Part shown: one piece after another, positions 32,781-37,402 of the stretch | Layout of the letters: the number at the start of each line of letters is the position of its first letter | Numbering within the stretch: position 1 is the first letter of the stretch | Virus record (IMG/VR): IMGVR_UViG_3300019872_000009 | Span: 1 to 37,402 of that record | Length of the DNA stretch: 37,402 nt | From: a virus | Lineage: Duplodnaviria > Caudoviricetes | Direction: 5' to 3' (one strand) | Position numbers and translations under genes: made by a program | Notes under the pieces: generated by a model | What the model was told of the DNA's origin: nothing | The model's input: only the letters and a program-made list of their open reading frames with translations | Databases searched by the model: none

Positions 32781-35492
32781 ATGAAAAAAATAATCATTTT
32801 AATCCTAACACTATCCAGCCTAACGGCATTCGGTCAAAGCGAGGCTCTTAATGATTTAGTGAGGCTTAATCCTCCATCGAGTGCTAAGACTGCGAATGCC
32901 TTGGATGCTTCTGCGTCATACGGAACTTCTGGAACAAACACTTACGCTATTTCTCCGGCCCTTGGTCAATACGCTGGCGGGTTGACGTACGCCTCTGGTG
33001 ATATGTTCACGATCACAATCGGTATTGCAAACTCATCTTCAACTGTAAGTTTAAATGTTGATGCTGAAGGTGCTGTTGCACTTAAAAACAATGATGGAAC
33101 TGATCCTGAAATTGGAAGCCTTTGTGCGGGATGTACTTTCAAATTCAGACACAACGCTACGAATTTTAGGATGGTTGGTTCTTCCGGTGGAGGCATTGAT
33201 GGTCATATAATTGAAAACTCAGGTACACCACTAACACAAAGAGCAAATCTTAATTTCACCAGTGGATTAACAGCAAATGATAACTCTCCTAATACGGATG
33301 CTTCAGTTGATTTAACTTATGGTTTTAATTGGTCAGGAACTCATACATTCTCCCAAAAACTTATAACGTTAAATAAAGGAGGGGCCGCTGCGAGTGGAAA
33401 TGGAGTTGGCTTTGAGATTGAGGAAAATGGTGGTATTACTGGATATTTTAAAACAAATTCCGCCAGAACAGGATTTGAATTTCGTTCACCGGCATCCATT
33501 AATGGGTCTTCTGCTGGAACTCTTATATTTCCCGATGATAATAATAATAACGCCTATACATTTATAGGCTCAAGTTCGGAAGTCTTAACTACTAATTCAT
33601 CTCACTCAGGGGGGATAGGTGGTATTAAAACATTCACGACTCAAACGCTACGAGTATTCAATCCCGCATTAACTTTTAGTTACAGGTTTGTTTCCTCTGC
33701 TATCGTTGCTAATAGAAATATGACAATTCCGCTTTTAACTGGGAATGATATTTTTGTTTTTCAGGACTTTAGCCAAACACTTGCTAATAAGGCAATCAGT
33801 GGGGCAAACAATACAATAACAAACGTATCCCTAACAACAGGTGTAACAGGAATTTTACCTGTTGCAAACGGAGGTACTAACTTCTCATCTTATACAATAG
33901 GAGATTTAATTCAAGCTAGTGCTTCCGGTGTTCTCTCTAAATTGAATTCTGTAGCTACAGGGAATGTATTAATTACCGGTGGCGTAGCAACAGTATCTTC
34001 TTGGGGCAAGGTAACATCCTCACATATTGACGCAACCGTTCAAACATCCGGATTGTCGTGGCTATTGACTGGAACATCAACACTGACCGGGGCGGTTACA
34101 ATCGCTCATGGTGGAAATAATGTTAGCTTTTCGGGAACAGGTAAGGTTACGTTTTCACCAACGAATGGAGGTGGTTCTATTGCTGGGTTTAATCCAGGAT
34201 CAGTTACTAATAATCCAGCCACACTTGCTAATGGTGATTTGTTTTATAGAACAGTGGATCACAACCTTGTCACTTATAAAAATAGCTCAGTTCAGGCAAT
34301 CGTAACAACGCCCTCCGCTACAACTGGTCGTGTACTATATTGGGGTAATGGTGCGGAGGCCGGGGCGGTTGATAACGGTAGTTTTGCTTTCACTACTACA
34401 GGCGGTCTTGCTTTAACACCAGCGACCACTATACAAATCAGTTTTTTTCGCTTCAACGAAACATCTACACTGTTAAATCATGCCATAGGAACAGATGGTC
34501 TTATAGATGTTCTTTCAACTGGGGCCAATTCAACCGCATCAAAAATAGTCATTGGTGTTAGTTCAATCGTGCAAAAAACTGGCACGACCAATATAAATAT
34601 TGGAAATTATAGTGAAGCCACAGGAGCATCTACTGATAACATTGCATATCTAGGAGTTGGTAAGATACAGACAAAGGGGTCTACAACCACAGCAACTTAT
34701 AGTATAGCACTATCCAAGTGGCCGGAAAATACAACACAGTCAATTGCTTTAGTTGGGAATAATTTATTTATAGATGGTTCCGGTAATATTCTAAGGGAGA
34801 ATACGTCTGTCAGTAGAGGGCAAGCATGGGTTTATTATACTGGTTACTCAGGAGTTACCGGAAATGCTTTGGGTTATTCAACCTTTAATACAGGCTCGTC
34901 AACCCTTACGCACCCAAAAACAATATTTCAAACCGGGGATACTCAACTTATTGCAGGCGGGCGATTTGGATGGGTAACATCAACAACCGATTCAAGGGGA
35001 TCAATAGCCTCTAACATTGGTCATTCATCTGGAAGTATTTTGGTTACTCCAACAGCGGGGATATTACTTGCAAGGTCAGGAACAATTACTGCGTCCACTT
35101 TGGTTGATATTCGTGGGGCTGGAACAACATCATCAACTATAAATACAAGATGGGCTAATAGCAGCAATGGGGTGTTGGCAAACATAACTGATGACGGTAA
35201 TTGGTTATTTAATGGAAAGCATGTATTTGATGTAACCATTACAACTCCCGGAACAACTGGAAATCAAACAATAAATAAACCCGGTGGTACGGTTAATATT
35301 GCCGCAGCCGGCACTACGGTGACGGTCACGAATAGTTTTTGCACAACATCTAGTAACGTGACTGCAATTATAAGAACAAATGATGGTACGGCATTTATAA
35401 AAAACGTGGTACCCGGTGCAGGCTCTTTCGTAATTAATCTTGGTGCGGCAGCCACAGCAGAGATTGCTATATTTTGGAAAGTAGAAAATTAA
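32781..35492 (+). CDS. Long Gly/Ser/Thr-rich fibre-like protein with Sec signal peptide
   Basis: Start at ATG 32781, MKKIIILILTLSSLTAFG|Q. Fibre-type motifs QTLANKAI, GILPVANGGT and YTIGDLI.A...LSKL. Confidence 0.75.
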   Translation: MKKIIILILTLSSLTAFGQSEALNDLVRLNPPSSAKTANALDASASYGTSGTNTYAISPALGQYAGGLTYASGDMFTITIGIANSSSTVSLNVDAEGAVALKNNDGTDPEIGSLCAGCTFKFRHNATNFRMVGSSGGGIDGHIIENSGTPLTQRANLNFTSGLTANDNSPNTDASVDLTYGFNWSGTHTFSQKLITLNKGGAAASGNGVGFEIEENGGITGYFKTNSARTGFEFRSPASINGSSAGTLIFPDDNNNNAYTFIGSSSEVLTTNSSHSGGIGGIKTFTTQTLRVFNPALTFSYRFVSSAIVANRNMTIPLLTGNDIFVFQDFSQTLANKAISGANNTITNVSLTTGVTGILPVANGGTNFSSYTIGDLIQASASGVLSKLNSVATGNVLITGGVATVSSWGKVTSSHIDATVQTSGLSWLLTGTSTLTGAVTIAHGGNNVSFSGTGKVTFSPTNGGGSIAGFNPGSVTNNPATLANGDLFYRTVDHNLVTYKNSSVQAIVTTPSATTGRVLYWGNGAEAGAVDNGSFAFTTTGGLALTPATTIQISFFRFNETSTLLNHAIGTDGLIDVLSTGANSTASKIVIGVSSIVQKTGTTNINIGNYSEATGASTDNIAYLGVGKIQTKGSTTTATYSIALSKWPENTTQSIALVGNNLFIDGSGNILRENTSVSRGQAWVYYTGYSGVTGNALGYSTFNTGSSTLTHPKTIFQTGDTQLIAGGRFGWVTSTTDSRGSIASNIGHSSGSILVTPTAGILLARSGTITASTLVDIRGAGTTSSTINTRWANSSNGVLANITDDGNWLFNGKHVFDVTITTPGTTGNQTINKPGGTVNIAAAGTTVTVTNSFCTTSSNVTAIIRTNDGTAFIKNVVPGAGSFVINLGAAATAEIAIFWKVEN

Positions 35493-35497
35493 AAGAT

Positions 35498-36334
35498 ATG
35501 AAACTTACACTGACGTTTTTTTTATCAATAATTCTCTCATTATGCAACGGGCAAGATTCGATTGTCTTTAATCTTGGGGGGTCATTTGTTACTATCTATA
35601 AGGATGGGCACTCAAAAAGAATACCATCACTAGGGAGTAATACGAATGGAAAATACCTAACCAATAATGGGACTTCTTTTCAATGGCAGACAATAGCAGG
35701 AGGAGGGGATATGTTAAAGACAGATAATCTTTCAGGACTATCTAATTACACTACGGCACGATCCAATTTAGGGTTGATAATCGGCACAAACGTCCTTGCT
35801 CCAAATGGTAGCGCATCAAGTTTAACATCATTTCCAACTTTGAATCAGAATACAACTGGTAGTGCAGCTATTCTTACAACGCCAAGGAATATTAATGGGG
35901 TTGCTTTTGATGGGAGTGCTAATATAACGGCTTATACATTTTCTGTTAATGTTCAAGCCCTGACAAGTTCTCCGGCAGATGGAGCTACAATTTTTATAGG
36001 CCAGCTACCAAAAGCACCTGTAACTACTTCAGGTCAAGGCGGTAAGATATTTGTACGCCAATCTTGCACAATAAGGATAGCAGAAATTTATACTTATTCA
36101 GGAACATCAGGAACTAATGAGGCATGGGTGTTTTCAATCCGTAAAAACAACACCACTGATACCCAAATAGCATCGGTTTCACTTGCAACGAATGAAAGAA
36201 TATTTTCAAATACAGGACTTAGTATAAGTATGAGTGCTGGTGATTATTTCGAAGTAAAGGCAGTAAACCCCACATGGGGTACAAACCCATTAACAACTAT
36301 TATTGGGGGATATGTAATGATCTCAATACCTTAA
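35498..36334 (+). CDS. Fibre-like protein with Sec signal peptide
   Basis: Start at ATG 35498, MKLTLTFFLSIILSLCNG|Q. Fibre repeats NLSGL....ARSNLGL and LTTPRNINGVAFDGSANIT. Confidence 0.75.
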   Translation: MKLTLTFFLSIILSLCNGQDSIVFNLGGSFVTIYKDGHSKRIPSLGSNTNGKYLTNNGTSFQWQTIAGGGDMLKTDNLSGLSNYTTARSNLGLIIGTNVLAPNGSASSLTSFPTLNQNTTGSAAILTTPRNINGVAFDGSANITAYTFSVNVQALTSSPADGATIFIGQLPKAPVTTSGQGGKIFVRQSCTIRIAEIYTYSGTSGTNEAWVFSIRKNNTTDTQIASVSLATNERIFSNTGLSISMSAGDYFEVKAVNPTWGTNPLTTIIGGYVMISIP

Positions 36335-36350
36335 ACTTTAAACTTAAAAA

Positions 36351-36668
36351 ATGAAAAATTTAATTACCGCACTATTCATCCTATCGTCAACAGTTGTCTT
36401 TGCTCAGGCTAATTCCAAGGCTGACACTATTGTAATCAAACTGACTCCGTTCCAACTGACTCAGATTGAATCAATTGATTTAAAGAAAAAAGAAATATCT
36501 GATGCTCTTGAAAAACAGAAGAAAGAATTGTTTGCTCAGTTGGACGAGAAAGCTAACTTGATCATTCTGATGGTACTCGATAATAATAAGATCATTCAAT
36601 CTGACGTTGAGTCATTACAATTTAAAAAGGATTCATTTTTTATAACTAAAAAGAAAAAACAACCATGA
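36351..36668 (+). CDS. Exported coiled-coil protein
   Basis: MKNLITALFILSSTVVFA|Q signal peptide and central heptad-rich helix. Confidence 0.7.
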   Translation: MKNLITALFILSSTVVFAQANSKADTIVIKLTPFQLTQIESIDLKKKEISDALEKQKKELFAQLDEKANLIILMVLDNNKIIQSDVESLQFKKDSFFITKKKKQP

Positions 36669-37108
36669 AAACAATCAAAAAATTTTTAATCGTTTCCCTA
36701 TTCCTATGTGCAATCTCGTCATACGGCCAGCGGGTTTTAACCCCTGATGAACGTCAATCGCTAATAGGTAGCAGTTTGTTCATTCAGAAATGCGAAATGT
36801 CCGCCCGTGACTATGCTTCATTTTGGTCTGTTAATGATGGAAGTGCAGCTAACACAGAAGCGTTGAAAATCAAATGGGCAAAAGACAGACAGCTTTCTGT
36901 AGATATATTATTGAAGGATGTATCAGATGGACGTATTTCTATACGATTTATAAATCTAGCTAAAGGTAAGCAGTTTAATATTGGGCCAGCCCCTCAACCT
37001 GTAGAGGTATTAATTGCTGCTTGGGTTACTGAAAATTCCTTTGATGAATTTGTCGGAGGGTATTTTACATTGCTGGGGGATAATATTAATATGTCCATCG
37101 GGAATTAG
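36665..37108 (+). CDS. Exported hypothetical protein
   Basis: MKTIKKFLIVSLFLCAISSYG|Q signal peptide, ATGA overlap with the upstream gene. Confidence 0.7.
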   Translation: MKTIKKFLIVSLFLCAISSYGQRVLTPDERQSLIGSSLFIQKCEMSARDYASFWSVNDGSAANTEALKIKWAKDRQLSVDILLKDVSDGRISIRFINLAKGKQFNIGPAPQPVEVLIAAWVTENSFDEFVGGYFTLLGDNINMSIGN

Positions 37109-37143
37109 TAAAGGGTAATGAGTATATAGTTACATAAGGTATA

Positions 37144-37389
37144 ATGAGCAGCGAAAAACGAGCACAAATTAATGATTATTTAAAGTGGTTCTTTTGGGCC
37201 TCTATCTCAGTAAGCTCTTTCCTGTTGTCAAGTGCGTACAATAGGGTTGAGTCGCGGTTTGATGAGACGGATAAGAAAATTGAAATGCAGATGGATAAGG
37301 CTGAACGTAAGATTGATAAAACCTACGAGAAAGTTCAGGCTATCGAGTCGCGCATGATTCGTGTTGAATATGAACTGAAGTTGAAATAA
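37144..37389 (+). CDS. Single-TM plus coiled-coil protein, possible holin or lysis-cassette protein
   Basis: One hydrophobic segment followed by a charged coiled coil, an architecture common at the start of phage lysis modules. Confidence 0.45.
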   Translation: MSSEKRAQINDYLKWFFWASISVSSFLLSSAYNRVESRFDETDKKIEMQMDKAERKIDKTYEKVQAIESRMIRVEYELKLK

Positions 37390-37402
37390 AAAAAAAGAGG
37401 AG

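Noticed and set aside
1-37402. tRNA, rRNA, integrase or endolysin genes
   Set aside because: None were recognisable by eye. Lifestyle (temperate or lytic) and the lysis enzyme cannot be determined from this window.

Overview
A 37.4-kb late-gene segment of a tailed dsDNA phage or prophage with a contractile tail. The host is probably Bacteroidota, judged from A-rich ribosome-binding regions with no evident Shine-Dalgarno motif and from Gln-rule signal peptides. Almost all genes are on the + strand, in this order: (1) lambda-type terminase (terS, gpA-like terL); (2) a ~10.5-kb accessory block with about seven glycosyltransferase-like genes, an FkbM methyltransferase, a radical SAM enzyme, an HNH endonuclease, YopX and a lipoprotein metalloprotease; (3) a Mu-like tail and baseplate module with a -1 frameshifted tail chaperone and permuted baseplate gene order; (4) a lambda-like head module (gpW, portal, ClpP-type protease/scaffold, decoration protein, major capsid, head-tail proteins); (5) fibre-like genes and holin candidates. 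Three observations stand out. Four consecutive fibre-region proteins carry Sec signal peptides predicted to be cleaved before Gln. The glycan-building cluster sits between the terminase and the virion genes. An identical 46-bp double-palindrome operator precedes both the tail and head operons, and one copy lies next to an unannotated, divergent ribbon-helix-helix gene. All family assignments come from motif recognition by eye; no database searches were run.
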